The position numbers were made by a program, and so were the translations under genes. Below are positions 52,101 through 63,815 of a DNA stretch of 64,000 bases, in pieces. The stretch lies in contig OZ024752.1 of assembly GCA_964016885.1 (NCBI GenBank), forward strand, positions 26,412,001 through 26,476,000. Reading direction: 5' to 3'. Within the stretch, counting starts at the first letter, position 1; each line of letters begins with the position of its first letter. The notes beneath the pieces are model-generated. The model saw only the letters and a program-made list of their open reading frames with translations, had not been told where the DNA came from and searched no databases. The DNA is from Eledone cirrhosa. Its lineage: Eukaryota.

Positions 52101-52545
52101 CAGGCACGGAAGTGCTGTCAGACGAACCTGCCCGAGATGCGCGCAGAGCGACGAAACCGTTCTGCACGCACTCGTCCAGTGTCCGTGCATTGCTGACTTG
52201 TGGGGTTATGTCGAACAGCTATTGTCGCGTGTAGAACGGATCCGGCTATCGTCCGAGTCCATAGTGAAGATTGACCCGCCGCCTTCTTTTGGTCAGGAAG
52301 GGCAGGCAATTTTCCTCTGCCTGGTGGCAGTAGCGAAAGAGGTTGCATGGTGGACCAGGTTGAAAGGACTGAAGACAGACACTTTTCTCTTCGGCCAATC
52401 CCTCATCAACTTCTTCAAGTTTCACTTGGAAAGGAAGGTGAGGGTGGAGAGAGAAGTGCTGCCCCCCAGTACATTTACTGAAAGGTGGGTGAATGTGGCG
52501 AGAATGGCCCGCGTGAGTGGGCCTACTCTGATCATGCGCCTGTAG
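49126..52545 (+). CDS. Tx1 ORF2 (copy 2)
   Basis: Private substitutions STVDAE and TFQPG. Confidence 0.97.
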   Translation: MAIRVGSLNVRGLGSPWKQGHLLNDLRSLGMDVIAISETRISDTRALAPIFDDYQIFASVSRPGMGGGVAVLFRKCLDLEVRSIFRDPDGKLVVLDVSNSEGGAFRLVAVYAPTGAGRPDFFRRLENFLLTSRPLLLIGDWNGILEARWDCVGVSDRSGGCKSLKYLISQFQLSDRYRLDFPNAPVWTWTNRIGSSRSYIDRIFIRKRDRNSVGCPHFKTVAYSDHKLVICMVDLDKTRRLGPSYWKLNMSFPARKAYRDRVNNLVKQKLTGGVVNNRWWGALKREIRATSIGFSKEVAIEKNRKEEGLIAKLDEAICSGIATDVLAARMALDHFFNAKHEGCIVRAKARALRNEGTKAARWARFAETQRGNKTTIRSLTDRDGHELSDSKQMCEAFRQHFARLFGRMGESEMAADFSPYLDGLPRLSTVDAERCEEPITSAEIQDALVGCSSRKSPGLDGLPYELYVNMPDLFSDLLEALYCNWQQNGSIPSSVSRGVVTLIRKDENKRDTLDNFRPITLLNTEFKILAKVLAKRLALVVKDLVGEAQTCAIPTRSIHDNLHLMRYIIERVGCKPGFGGALINLDQSKAFDRVDHRYLEAVLEAAGFGPVFRSWIAAMYSGIRSVVKVNGHLSEPFQISRSVRQGCPLSSLLYVLTLEPLLRKLELLQGIPLEPGRRKAASAYADDITVMVSDTSEIEVIRTHLEEYERLTGAKLNPEKSVGLQLGTWRGKSMPSNSVVGRWTDGPVKLLGVWFGPDLQVDKNWDEVTSRIANLTQKWAERKLSLKGRAEVANAYIASVIYYRLTVVPCPRPRLANLERLLFKFLWRGRVPLVRRSICCQHPLRGGLGMPWLMMRRHALRLRHLQIFCLNGEQVWSPFVRRAFPQLISLTELQSWVKKRPRLGDWHLECCQALTALCKVGNAVSGTSTQDFYRGLVEGKCDDVLGEALGVNEVELTSMFRRTFQPGTMDNFQKSLAWQCYRGALPVRDKLYRHGSAVRRTCPRCAQSDETVLHALVQCPCIADLWGYVEQLLSRVERIRLSSESIVKIDPPPSFGQEGQAIFLCLVAVAKEVAWWTRLKGLKTDTFLFGQSLINFFKFHLERKVRVEREVLPPSTFTERWVNVARMARVSGPTLIMRL

Positions 52546-53030
52546 GCTGGTGAATTCGAGAAGGAGAGGGGTGCCCTTCCCGGGTGCCCTAGGAGCGTCG
52601 GGTGGCTCAGGACTGGTGGGGTGCTTGAGTCAACCCTGGGTGGTGATCCCTCTTATTGGGGAACTTTCATTGTTGTATTTTTATTGTTATTTTGTTTTTT
52701 GTTATTTATACTTACTCGATCTCTATGTAAACCCCCACTGTCCCTGTCTATTGTGTTGTCCCCTATATGTCGGCCCTTGTGGCCAATAAATGAAATCATT
52801 ATTATTATTATTATTATTATTGACGAAAGTGGATGTACGTTTTTTGAAGCTCCGTGAGTAAGCAATTTTTGAGGATTAATTGTAGAGAATTGTTTATTTT
52901 TTGTACCGCTGAAGCATTATAAGACATTAATTTGTATCCTGTGAAGGAATAACTCATAATATTTGGGCCTTTTGGCCCAAATATTTGAACTTTATTTTGA
53001 AAAAAATAATAATTTTTTTCTCAAAAAAAC

Positions 53031-54941
53031 ATGGCGGAGCCACGCCCCCTAGAGGCGGGTCTGCTGTCGTGCAACGGCGACTTGAGCGTTGAGAGGAGAG
53101 GTGAGGCGAGGAGCGCCACCAGCACGAATGTGAGCAGCGACAGTGCCAGCACCAACGGGCCGAGCGGCGCGGAAGGTGGTAACAGCGACAACACCAACAC
53201 CAACAAGCCGAACAGCGCAGAAGGTGGTAATAGCGAGAGCACCAACAAAACGAACAGCACAGAGAGTAATAGTAGCGACAGCAGCAGCACCAACAAGGCC
53301 AACAGCACAGAAGGTAACCACGACACAGGGGAGAACAACAACAGCAATAGCAGCAGCAACACCAACAAGAACAACAACAGTGACAACACCAACAAGAACA
53401 CTTTCGCTGCTGTGGCAGCGGCTAAAAGGAGACCATGCTACAGCATCGACTTAACCAACAGAGAGGAAAAGTTGGCCCAGGCCTGGAAAATCATAAATCA
53501 AGAGCAGACCTGGGCAAACTTAACTGTCCCGGCAGAAGCCATTGAGGCAGTGGAAAAAAGAACGGTGCATTTCAGATGCATCTCAGTAGAGACAAAGAGG
53601 GCAGCGATAATCGCCCAAGCTGACATAGAAGCCGCACTGAAATACATCAGAGAGGACACAGACTTCATAGAGAGGGGCAGGCAATACGGCACCGTTTCGG
53701 TGCTGTTCAAGTCTGAAGCCCTCGCTGTGAAGCATTCAATGACCCCTTGCAAAACCAGCAAGGTCATAATGTACCCCTCCCACATGGGAAAACGAATAGC
53801 ACGTGTGCGCATTCCCAGGATTCCACCAGGACTTGATATGTGGTGGCTCCTGGGTTGCGTAATCGTGGAAGGAACGGATACAGTCCCGGTAGAGGCAACG
53901 AGAACTGCCAGGGACGACTGGTCCGGGGTTGATCTGGAGATACTGCTCCAAATCAGACCCGAAAACGTAAAAACAATCCCGGACCACATCCGCCTCCAAA
54001 ACGGGAGGGTGTTGCATATAATGACTGAGGGCAAAAGGCCGCATTGTTTCCTTTGTGGGGAAACGACACACTTGCGAGCCTTCTGCCCTCAACTGCCGAA
54101 AAGCGCAAGGGGTCGAAAGATTCCACTGCTGGCGACGCCGGGACAAGGACCACCAGCAACACCGTCAACAATGGAACCACCAAAATTGCACACCCAGGGG
54201 GGAAACGAGGAAAGCTCTCCCATTCCCCCTCCCCCCCAAAATACACACACGAACAAGAACATAAACACTCACTCAGACACAAACACGCTCACAGCCACAG
54301 ACCCCTCATCCTCCAGCAGTGAAGATGAGGGAAAACCAAAGTCCCCCAAAATACAAAAAACAAAACACAAAAAAAAAAGAAATCCACAAAGCACAAACAC
54401 CCCCACAAAAAAAAATACACACACCACCCACACAAACATTTTCCCCACAGCATCACCAACACAACCACCAAAATCCCCCAAACGCAAACAAGCTAAACAG
54501 ACACAAGAACAAATAGACACACAAACATCAGAAACTACAGACACCCCACCCACAACAAACGCAGACACAATAGAAACAACACTAACAAAGCTATCACCAC
54601 CACAATCACACGAACAAATAAAACCCGAGCAACAAAACATTAAAAACTTCGTGCTTGCCAGAAGGGCCAACAAGGAATTGATGGCCCATGTAGCACGAAG
54701 CACAAACATCGAAAAAGACGGGGAAACATTTGAAGCGAGCACATTTCGCGTACCAGATAATTTGCTTCTGATGCGAATGTCGCTCGCTTCATACAAAGAA
54801 ATTCGAAAGAGCTTTCCTCGGGATGTGGGAACCCCGAACGTAAAACCCACGTCAAGACTATTAAAGGGGTTCCCAAAAGAAACCCCACAAACCATGGAGG
54901 TCGAACCACCCGACCTTCACAAGACCCCGGAAGGTAAGTAA
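53031..54941 (+). CDS. Tx1 ORF1 (copy 3)
   Basis: Same protein as 41339..43249. Confidence 0.93.
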   Translation: MAEPRPLEAGLLSCNGDLSVERRGEARSATSTNVSSDSASTNGPSGAEGGNSDNTNTNKPNSAEGGNSESTNKTNSTESNSSDSSSTNKANSTEGNHDTGENNNSNSSSNTNKNNNSDNTNKNTFAAVAAAKRRPCYSIDLTNREEKLAQAWKIINQEQTWANLTVPAEAIEAVEKRTVHFRCISVETKRAAIIAQADIEAALKYIREDTDFIERGRQYGTVSVLFKSEALAVKHSMTPCKTSKVIMYPSHMGKRIARVRIPRIPPGLDMWWLLGCVIVEGTDTVPVEATRTARDDWSGVDLEILLQIRPENVKTIPDHIRLQNGRVLHIMTEGKRPHCFLCGETTHLRAFCPQLPKSARGRKIPLLATPGQGPPATPSTMEPPKLHTQGGNEESSPIPPPPQNTHTNKNINTHSDTNTLTATDPSSSSSEDEGKPKSPKIQKTKHKKKRNPQSTNTPTKKNTHTTHTNIFPTASPTQPPKSPKRKQAKQTQEQIDTQTSETTDTPPTTNADTIETTLTKLSPPQSHEQIKPEQQNIKNFVLARRANKELMAHVARSTNIEKDGETFEASTFRVPDNLLLMRMSLASYKEIRKSFPRDVGTPNVKPTSRLLKGFPKETPQTMEVEPPDLHKTPEGK

Positions 54942-54970
54942 ACCTTTCCTCTCCCATTCATCCTGCCAGC

Positions 54971-57900
54971 ATGGCCATAAGAGTAGGAAGTTTAAATGTT
55001 CGTGGCCTGGGGTCGCCCTGGAAGCAAGGTCACTTGCTCAACGACCTCAGGTCACTAGGAATGGATGTAATTGCCATCAGCGAGACCAGAATTTCCGACA
55101 CACGCGCACTGGCGCCGATTTTCGACGATTATCAGATCTTTGCATCTGTTAGTCGGCCGGGAATGGGAGGTGGAGTGGCTGTGCTGTTTAGGAAATGTCT
55201 GGATCTCGAGGTAAGGTCAATCTTCCGGGATCCTGACGGAAAGTTGGTGGTCCTGGACGTGAGCAATAGCGAAGGTGGTGCCTTTAGACTGGTGGCCGTC
55301 TACGCCCCTACTGGGGCCGGTCGGCCGGACTTCTTTAGGCGCCTGGAAAACTTTCTGCTTACGTCTCGCCCTTTACTGTTAATAGGGGATTGGAATGGCA
55401 TCTTAGAAGCACGCTGGGATTGTGTGGGAGTATCTGATAGGAGCGGGGGGTGCAAAAGCCTCAAGTACCTGATCAGCCAGTTTCAACTGTCTGACAGGTA
55501 CCGACTAGATTTCCCTAATGCGCCAGTATGGACCTGGACCAATCGCATAGGGTCATCTAGATCGTACATAGATAGGATTTTCATTAGGAAAAGAGATAGA
55601 AATAGTGTAGGATGTCCACATTTTAAAACGGTTGCCTATTCAGATCACAAGCTTGTGATCTGTATGGTCGACCTAGATAAGACACGTAGGTTAGGACCTA
55701 GCTACTGGAAGCTAAACATGTCGTTTCCGGCACGTAAAGCTTACAGGGACCGGGTCAACAACTTAGTTAAGCAAAAGTTGACAGGGGGGGTTGTCAACAA
55801 CAGGTGGTGGGGGGCACTCAAAAGAGAGATTAGAGCAACCTCGATAGGATTTAGCAAAGAAGTAGCAATAGAGAAAAATAGAAAGGAGGAGGGGCTGATA
55901 GCTAAGTTAGACGAGGCTATTTGTAGTGGCATTGCAACAGACGTGCTAGCGGCGAGAATGGCACTAGACCATTTCTTCAATGCGAAACACGAAGGTTGCA
56001 TTGTCAGAGCTAAGGCGCGTGCTCTGAGGAACGAGGGAACCAAAGCTGCCCGATGGGCTCGCTTTGCAGAGACGCAGCGTGGAAATAAAACCACAATTCG
56101 GTCTTTGACGGATCGAGATGGACACGAACTGAGCGATTCCAAGCAGATGTGTGAGGCCTTTCGCCAGCACTTTGCTCGATTGTTCGGGAGGATGGGTGAG
56201 TCGGAGACGGCGGCGGACTTCAGTCCCTACCTCGACGGCTTGCCACGCCTCTCGACGGCCGACGCTGAGCGCTGCGAAGAGCCGATAACATCAGCCGAAA
56301 TTCAGGACGCCCTTGTCGGCTGCTCGAGTCGCAAGTCACCCGGTTTGGATGGTCTGCCCTACGAGCTTTACGTAAATATGCCAGACTTGTTCTCCGATCT
56401 CCTCGAAGCGCTCTACTGCAACTGGCAGCAGAACGGGAGCATTCCCAGTTCTGTGAGCCGTGGCGTAGTGACGCTGATAAGGAAAGACGAGAACAAGAGG
56501 GACACACTAGATAATTTCAGGCCCATAACCCTGCTCAACACAGAGTTTAAGATTTTGGCCAAGGTGTTAGCGAAAAGGTTGGCGCTTGTCGTCAAAGATT
56601 TGGTTGGGGAGGCGCAAACTTGCGCAATCCCGACCAGGTCCATACACGACAACCTCCACCTCATGCGATACATCATAGAGAGGGTTGGGTGCAAACCTGG
56701 CTTCGGTGGGGCTCTGATCAATTTAGATCAATCGAAAGCATTCGATAGGGTCGACCATCGGTACTTGGAGGCTGTCCTCGAGGCGGCTGGCTTCGGCCCC
56801 GTCTTCAGAAGCTGGATCGCTGCAATGTACAGCGGCATCCGCTCGGTGGTCAAAGTTAATGGCCACCTCTCGGAACCGTTTCAGATCTCTCGATCGGTCC
56901 GTCAAGGGTGCCCTCTCTCCTCACTTCTGTACGTATTGACTCTTGAGCCTCTACTGCGGAAGCTGGAGTTGTTGCAGGGCATCCCGCTCGAACCGGGACG
57001 TAGAAAGGCTGCGTCCGCTTATGCGGACGACATCACCGTGATGGTGTCGGACACCTCGGAAATCGAGGTGATCCGCACCCATTTGGAGGAATATGAAAGG
57101 TTGACGGGAGCAAAACTTAACCCGGAAAAGTCGGTGGGCTTGCAGCTCGGCACCTGGAGAGGCAAGTCCATGCCGTCCAACAGCGTCGTTGGGCGCTGGA
57201 CAGACGGACCGGTAAAGTTGCTCGGGGTTTGGTTCGGACCAGACCTCCAGGTGGATAAGAATTGGGACGAGGTGACGAGCAGGATAGCCAACCTCACCCA
57301 GAAATGGGCTGAGAGAAAGCTATCACTGAAAGGGCGGGCGGAGGTGGCGAACGCGTACATCGCGTCCGTCATCTACTACCGCCTGACCGTCGTGCCTTGC
57401 CCCCGTCCACGCCTCGCCAATTTGGAACGGCTCCTTTTCAAATTTTTGTGGAGGGGACGGGTCCCGTTGGTGAGGCGGTCCATCTGCTGCCAGCACCCTC
57501 TTCGTGGAGGGCTGGGCATGCCGTGGCTAATGATGCGCAGACATGCGCTGAGGCTGCGACATCTCCAGATATTTTGCCTAAACGGTGAACAGGTGTGGTC
57601 GCCGTTTGTTAGACGGGCCTTTCCGCAGCTCATCTCTTTGACTGAGCTGCAGTCCTGGGTCAAGAAGAGACCGAGACTGGGCGACTGGCATCTGGAATGT
57701 TGCCAGGCGCTCACTGCACTCTGCAAGGTGGGCAATGCGGTCAGTGGAACTTCCACTCAAGATTTCTATAGAGGATTAGTGGAGGGCAAGTGCGATGACG
57801 TACTAGGAGAGGCTCTGGGCGTCAACGAAGTAGAACTGACCAGTATGTTCCGGAGGACTTTCGAGCCGGGGACGATGGATAACTTCCAGAAATCCCTCGC

Positions 57901-58390
57901 TTGGCAGTGCTACCGGGGGGCGCTGCCGGTTCGGGATAAACTCTACAGGCACGGAAGTGCTGTCAGACGAACCTGCCCGAGATGCGCGCAGAGCGACGAA
58001 ACCGTTCTGCACGCACTCGTCCAGTGTCCGTGCATTGCTGACTTGTGGGGTTATGTCGAACAGCTATTGTCGCGTGTAGAACGGATCCGGCTATCGTCCG
58101 AGTCCATAGTGAAGATTGACCCGCCGCCTTCTTTTGGTCAGGAAGGGCAGGCAATTTTCCTCTGCCTGGTGGCAGTAGCGAAAGAGGTTGCATGGTGGAC
58201 CAGGTTGAAAGGACTGAAGACAGACACTTTTCTCTTCGGCCAATCCCTCATCAACTTCTTCAAGTTTCACTTGGAAAGGAAGGTGAGGGTGGAGAGAGAA
58301 GTGCTGCCCCCCAGTACATTTACTAAAAGGTGGGTGAATGTGGCGAGAATGGCCCGCGTGAGTGGGCCTACTCTGATCATGCGCCTGTAG
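54971..58390 (+). CDS. Tx1 ORF2 (copy 3)
   Basis: Private substitutions ESETAAD and FTKRW. Confidence 0.97.
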   Translation: MAIRVGSLNVRGLGSPWKQGHLLNDLRSLGMDVIAISETRISDTRALAPIFDDYQIFASVSRPGMGGGVAVLFRKCLDLEVRSIFRDPDGKLVVLDVSNSEGGAFRLVAVYAPTGAGRPDFFRRLENFLLTSRPLLLIGDWNGILEARWDCVGVSDRSGGCKSLKYLISQFQLSDRYRLDFPNAPVWTWTNRIGSSRSYIDRIFIRKRDRNSVGCPHFKTVAYSDHKLVICMVDLDKTRRLGPSYWKLNMSFPARKAYRDRVNNLVKQKLTGGVVNNRWWGALKREIRATSIGFSKEVAIEKNRKEEGLIAKLDEAICSGIATDVLAARMALDHFFNAKHEGCIVRAKARALRNEGTKAARWARFAETQRGNKTTIRSLTDRDGHELSDSKQMCEAFRQHFARLFGRMGESETAADFSPYLDGLPRLSTADAERCEEPITSAEIQDALVGCSSRKSPGLDGLPYELYVNMPDLFSDLLEALYCNWQQNGSIPSSVSRGVVTLIRKDENKRDTLDNFRPITLLNTEFKILAKVLAKRLALVVKDLVGEAQTCAIPTRSIHDNLHLMRYIIERVGCKPGFGGALINLDQSKAFDRVDHRYLEAVLEAAGFGPVFRSWIAAMYSGIRSVVKVNGHLSEPFQISRSVRQGCPLSSLLYVLTLEPLLRKLELLQGIPLEPGRRKAASAYADDITVMVSDTSEIEVIRTHLEEYERLTGAKLNPEKSVGLQLGTWRGKSMPSNSVVGRWTDGPVKLLGVWFGPDLQVDKNWDEVTSRIANLTQKWAERKLSLKGRAEVANAYIASVIYYRLTVVPCPRPRLANLERLLFKFLWRGRVPLVRRSICCQHPLRGGLGMPWLMMRRHALRLRHLQIFCLNGEQVWSPFVRRAFPQLISLTELQSWVKKRPRLGDWHLECCQALTALCKVGNAVSGTSTQDFYRGLVEGKCDDVLGEALGVNEVELTSMFRRTFEPGTMDNFQKSLAWQCYRGALPVRDKLYRHGSAVRRTCPRCAQSDETVLHALVQCPCIADLWGYVEQLLSRVERIRLSSESIVKIDPPPSFGQEGQAIFLCLVAVAKEVAWWTRLKGLKTDTFLFGQSLINFFKFHLERKVRVEREVLPPSTFTKRWVNVARMARVSGPTLIMRL

Positions 58391-59519
58391 GCTGGTGAAT
58401 TCGAGAAGGAGAGGGGTGCCCTTCCCGGGTGCCCTAGGAGCGTCGGGTGGCTCAGGACTGGTGGGGTGCTTGAGTCAACCCTGGGTGGTGATCCCTCTTA
58501 TTGGGGAACTTTCATTGTTGTATTTTTATTGTTATTTTGTTTTTTTTGTTATTTATACTTACTCGATCTCTATGTAAACCCCCACTGTCCCTGTCTATTG
58601 TGTTGTCCCCTATATGTCGGCCCTTGTGGCCAATAAATGAAATCATTATTATTATTATTATTACTATATTATTATTATTGATGTTGTTGTGGTCGTCATT
58701 GTTGTTGTTGTTGTTGCAGTAGCTGTTGATATTGATGTTTTCTTATCCATTGTTGTTGTTGTTGCTGCCGCTTCTGCCATATTTGTTATTGTTGTTGTTG
58801 TTGTTGTTGCTGCTGCCGTTGTTGTTGTTGTTGTAATTTAGCACTCCCCCTTTATGGTATCTGCCTGTCGTTTCTCTATTCGTTTCATATCAGCAGCATT
58901 AACGCTTCAAAAAACAAAACAAAAAAAAAAAAACTAAAAAACTTTTATGTCTGTTATGGACCATAAAAACCTACAACAATAGATCACAGACATTAACGAA
59001 ATATATAGAAAAAAACCCGGTGTTCAAGAAGAGTAAAATGGCCGCCAGCAGCAACAAAAATGAAAATGGAAGAATCAATAAAGGGCCGTGTATCAAAACT
59101 ATCGTACACACGCATGCGCACAGTGAAAAGGAGAGAAGTAGGAGGTAGAGACAGAGAGAAAGAAAGAATGAGTGAGGGAGAAAGAAACAGATGCACATAT
59201 ATATACATACTGAAAGATATATTGATGCATATGCAGATATATTTAAATAGGGAAGAAGCAGGGAAAATTATCATTGCCATCATCTTCATCATCGCTGTTG
59301 TTCACTTCCTTCTCTTCATCGACATTCACATCGCTCTTCTCTTTTATCACTGACACTCCTCCTACACCATATCCACCCCTTCTCATTAACATCATCATCA
59401 TCATCATCATCAACAACATCATTAGGTTCTATGTTCTTATCTTTACCGTAATTATCTATCAGATACCACACAATACACATACACATGCTCAAAAACCACT
59501 ACCAACACCACGTCAATAC

Positions 59520-60170
59520 CACACCGCCAGCATCACCACCACCAACACCACCACCACCACTACTACCACCACCACAACCACTACCATCATAGCCACCACA
59601 ACCGCTACCACTACAACAACCACCACCATCTCCACAACCACCTCTACCACCACCACCACCAGCATCAGCACCACCTCTACCACCACTACCACAACCATCA
59701 CCATCACCAACACTACCACCAATACCAGCACCACCACCACCGCCACCACCATCACACTATTACCACCACAACCACCACCACTACCACCACCACCGCCACC
59801 ACCATCACACTATCACCATCACCACCACCACCACCACCACCGCCATTACCACCACAACCACCACCACCACCACCACCACCGCCACCACCATCACACTATC
59901 ACCACCACCACAACCACCACCACCGCCACCACCACCGCCACCACCGCCATTACCACCACAACCACCACCGCCACCACCATCACACTATCAGTACCACCAC
60001 CACCGCCACCACCGCCACCTCCATCACACTATCACCACCACCACAACCACCACCACCACCACCGCCACCACCATCACACTATCACCGCCACCACCATCAC
60101 ACTATCACTACCACCACCACCACAACCACAACCACCAATCCTCCACCACCACCACCACCACCACCAATAC
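59520..60170. repeat. (ACC)n degenerate repeat
   Basis: Visible directly. Confidence 0.95.
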
Positions 60171-60259
60171 TGATCAAAGCCCTACAAACAAACAAAAAAT
60201 CAAAAATCAAAAAACCAAATATAACAAAAGAGAAAAACAAACAAACAAACAATTCAAAC

Positions 60260-60690
60260 CTAAGCAGAAACAACAATAACAAAAACAACAGCAGCAACAA
60301 CTACAGCAATAGCAATAGCAACAACAACAAAAAGATATAACCACAAAAACAACAACAGCAAAAAAAGATATAACCAGAACAACAACAACAGTAACAAAAA
60401 TATATAACCGCAATTAGAAAAACAACAACAGCAATAACAACAACAAGATATAACCACAACAACAACAAGATATAACCACCACCATCACCACAACAACAAC
60501 AACAAGATATAACCACCATCACAACAACAACAAGATATAACCACCACAACAACAACAACAGCAAAAAATATAACCACAACAACAACAAAAACAACACCAG
60601 CAATAACAACAAAAATATATAACCACAACAACAAAAACAACAAGAACAGCAACAAAAAGATATAACAACAACAAGATATAACCATCAGCT
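60260..60690. repeat. (AAC)n with a recurring aagatataaccac motif (compound minisatellite)
   Basis: Visible directly. Confidence 0.85.
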
Positions 60691-61111
60691 AATAAACCTA
60701 TCAACAACAATCTCTTCATCCTTAGTCTTTTTGTTGTTCTTGTGGTCATTGTTGTTGTTATTGTTGTTGTTATTATTATCGTCTGTTTTCTATATTTCTT
60801 GTTTGATAAACAAAAACAAAACCCCAAAAAATCAAAAAACCAAGCAAGATAATAGAATATAATTTTTAATTATTATATATTATTTTTAATATAATCTTTA
60901 TATTTTATCATTGCCGTTTCATTCTCTATGGTTTTGGGTGATAAACAGATAATAGTTAAAATGTATATACATGTATGTATGTATGTGTGTATGTGTGTAT
61001 GTGCGTATGTGTGTTTATGTGTATTTATGTATACACTTCCTTACGTACATATGCATATATATATATATGTATATATGTATGCATATATATATGTGTGTGT
61101 ATATATATATG

Positions 61112-61156
<45 letters not shown>

Positions 61157-61159
61157 ATA

Positions 61160-61234
<75 letters not shown>

Positions 61235-61285
61235 GTATATATATAACAACAATAACAACAACGTATATATGTGTATATATATATA

Positions 61286-61318
<33 letters not shown>

Positions 61319-61320
61319 GT

Positions 61321-61352
<32 letters not shown>

Positions 61353-61386
61353 GTATATATGCACACACACACACACATACAAATAA

Positions 61387-61436
<50 letters not shown>

Positions 61437-61664
61437 GCATATATATATATACACACACACACGCTCACAATAATTTCTATACTTTCATTTATATATATAT
61501 ATATATATATACAAATAGACACACGCATACATATATATCCCTTAAAAGGAGATAATACTTTATAGTTAATTTATTAATGATGGCGGATGGACGCAGCACT
61601 GAATGCCTTATCAAATTTCCAATACCCCCCCCCCCATCCATACACACACACACCTACATTAAGT

Positions 61665-62180
61665 GGTGGACTGGCAGAACTTTTATATTGTCGCTTGAAT
61701 TTCATTATAGCAGATCTTCTGACGCTTTACGTCTTCTGACGCTTTACGTCTTCTGACGCCTTACGTCTTCTGGCGCTTTACGTCTTGTGTTCAAATCTCA
61801 CTAAGATAAACTTTGCTTTTCTTCATTCCAGATTTAAAAAAAATAAAGCATGAACCCAGTACTGTGGTTGATTTTAAACGAATTTAATCTTTTCCTTCCC
61901 CCAAATTACTTGCTTTACTCTTTTACTCTTTTATCTGTTCCAGCCATCTGACTAAGGCCATACTGGGACACCGCTTTATATCTATATTCTAAAAATATTC
62001 TACATTTTAAGTTAATTTTATGACTGAGGTCGACTTTGTATTTCATTTTTAGGGGGTATTATGTATAGTCAAATCCTGCCGAGGTTGACTTTGCCTTTCA
62101 TCCTTGCAGGGTCGATAAAATAAAGTACCAGTAATGCACTGGGTAATTGCTGGCCTTGTGTCTAAAGTAGAAACAATTAT
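61665..62180 (+). mobile_element. Degenerate SINE family 1 copies, one with an internal 17-bp x4 tandem (tcttctgacgctttacg)
   Basis: Core motif at about 62070-62180; tandem at about 61714-61785. Confidence 0.65.
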
Positions 62181-62727
62181 GTATAGTCACTTCTATGCGC
62201 CAACACACTTCTTGTTCTACTCTTTCAATCTTTTCTATATTTCATCTGCCTCTCACCCACCTTGTAGATGGTCTCTCTGTTGACCACTAGCCGCTGGTCT
62301 CTGTCCTCTGAGGCATTTTTGCCTATTGCTGTCCTTGACAGCCTTTGGTTCTTTTAACGGCGATGAGTTTTCTCATTTTTATATGCATGTATATATATAT
62401 ACATTCATATATTCATATATATTTATCAAAGCTCAGGCGTAGTAAATGCCTGTAGTTACAGTCAGTCGCTGTGAAATCTATCTATATATTACTAAAAGTC
62501 TGTGATTGCTTGCTTGCTTGCTTGTCTGTAATGTAATAGAGCCAAAAGGGCGCTTAATGGGAAAATACTTTGAAAGAAAGTTGACGTTAAAATGGGAATA
62601 CAAATGGAATAAAACTAGTTTTGTGTAAATCGGATCACGGGTTCCCGAGATATGAGGTTTTTCCGGGTACCTTCATAAACAAAGAGATAGATAGAGAGGA
62701 AGAGATATTGGTTGTGGCAGAATAGAT

Positions 62728-62784
<57 letters not shown>

Positions 62785-63106
62785 TGGAGGAGAATGGAAG
62801 AGAGCTGGTGGTGTTGTTGTGTCTATACATATGTGTGTCTTGCATGATGCTTCAAAAGTTTATCGTTACTTTTCCTCCCCGCCTTAATAGTTGTTTCTCT
62901 TTCTCTCCCCCTCTCTCTCTCCCTTCTCCCCCCCCTCTCCCCCTTCTCTGCACCCTCTCTCTCTCGCATTCACCCTACATACAAATATACATACATACAT
63001 GTTTTGTAAGAAATGTCAAGATGAATGGACCTATTATTTTTATGTAAAGACATTTTTTCCAATTCCATCCCGTCCGTCCCCTCAATCTATTTTATTTATC
63101 ATTTTT

Positions 63107-63142
63107 TCTTCTGATGAAAGACTAGCGTCCGAAACGTTAAGA
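63107..63142 (+). ncRNA. Type I minimal hammerhead ribozyme within a pLTR-like fragment (63004-63230)
   Basis: tctt CTGATGA aagac-tagc-gtcc GAAA cg TT aaga. Confidence 0.75.
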
Positions 63143-63399
63143 CCCTCTTCCTGCTATATCAAGCGTTAACCTAATATATACCTTCTATATACTGTACCGA
63201 TTGTGTTGTTATTTCTGTTTACCTTTTACATGCATATATATATATATAGAGAGAGATATATACATACCTAAATACGCGTGTGTACGCATGTATAAAACGA
63301 TTTTTTTAAACATATGCACTCATGTGCGCGCGTGAGAAAGTGTTAGTGTGGTTGAGTGTGTGAATTATTGATTCATTGCATTCACTTGTTTAGATCTGT

Positions 63400-63763
63400 G
63401 TGTGTATATATATATATATATATGAGTGGGCGTGAGTGTTTTTGTGTGCGTGTGTGTGTGTGCCTCAGTGTGTGTGTGTATGCGTGTTGTAGCGTCAGTG
63501 TGTGTGTGTATGCGTGTTGTAGCGTCAGTGCGTGTATGTGTGCGTGTGTGTGTGCGTGTGTGAGCGCGTGTATGTGTGCGTGCGCCTGTGTGTGTATGTG
63601 AGCTCGTGTGTGTGTGTGTGCGTGTGTGTATGTGAGGTCGTGTGTGTGTGTGTATGTGAGTTCGTGTGTGTGTGTGTGTATGTGAGTTCGTGTGTATGTG
63701 TGTATGTGTGTGTGTGTGTGTGTGTATGTGTGTGTGTGTGTATGTGTGTATGTGTGTGTGTGA

Positions 63764-63815
<52 letters not shown>
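63400..63815. repeat. (GT)n degenerate microsatellite
   Basis: Visible directly. Confidence 0.95.

Larger units (their letters stand above)
46977..52797 (+). mobile_element. Full-length intact Tx1 lineage D copy 2
   Basis: Offset 5847 bp from copy 1; preceded by (ATT)8. Confidence 0.97.
52822..58644 (+). mobile_element. Full-length intact Tx1 lineage D copy 3
   Basis: Offset 5845 bp from copy 2; preceded by (ATT)8 and followed by (ATT)6. Confidence 0.97.

Noticed and set aside
41329-58193. Antisense and overlapping ORFs within the Tx1 copies
   Set aside because: Shadows of GC-rich or low-complexity coding sequence, repeated only because the element is repeated.
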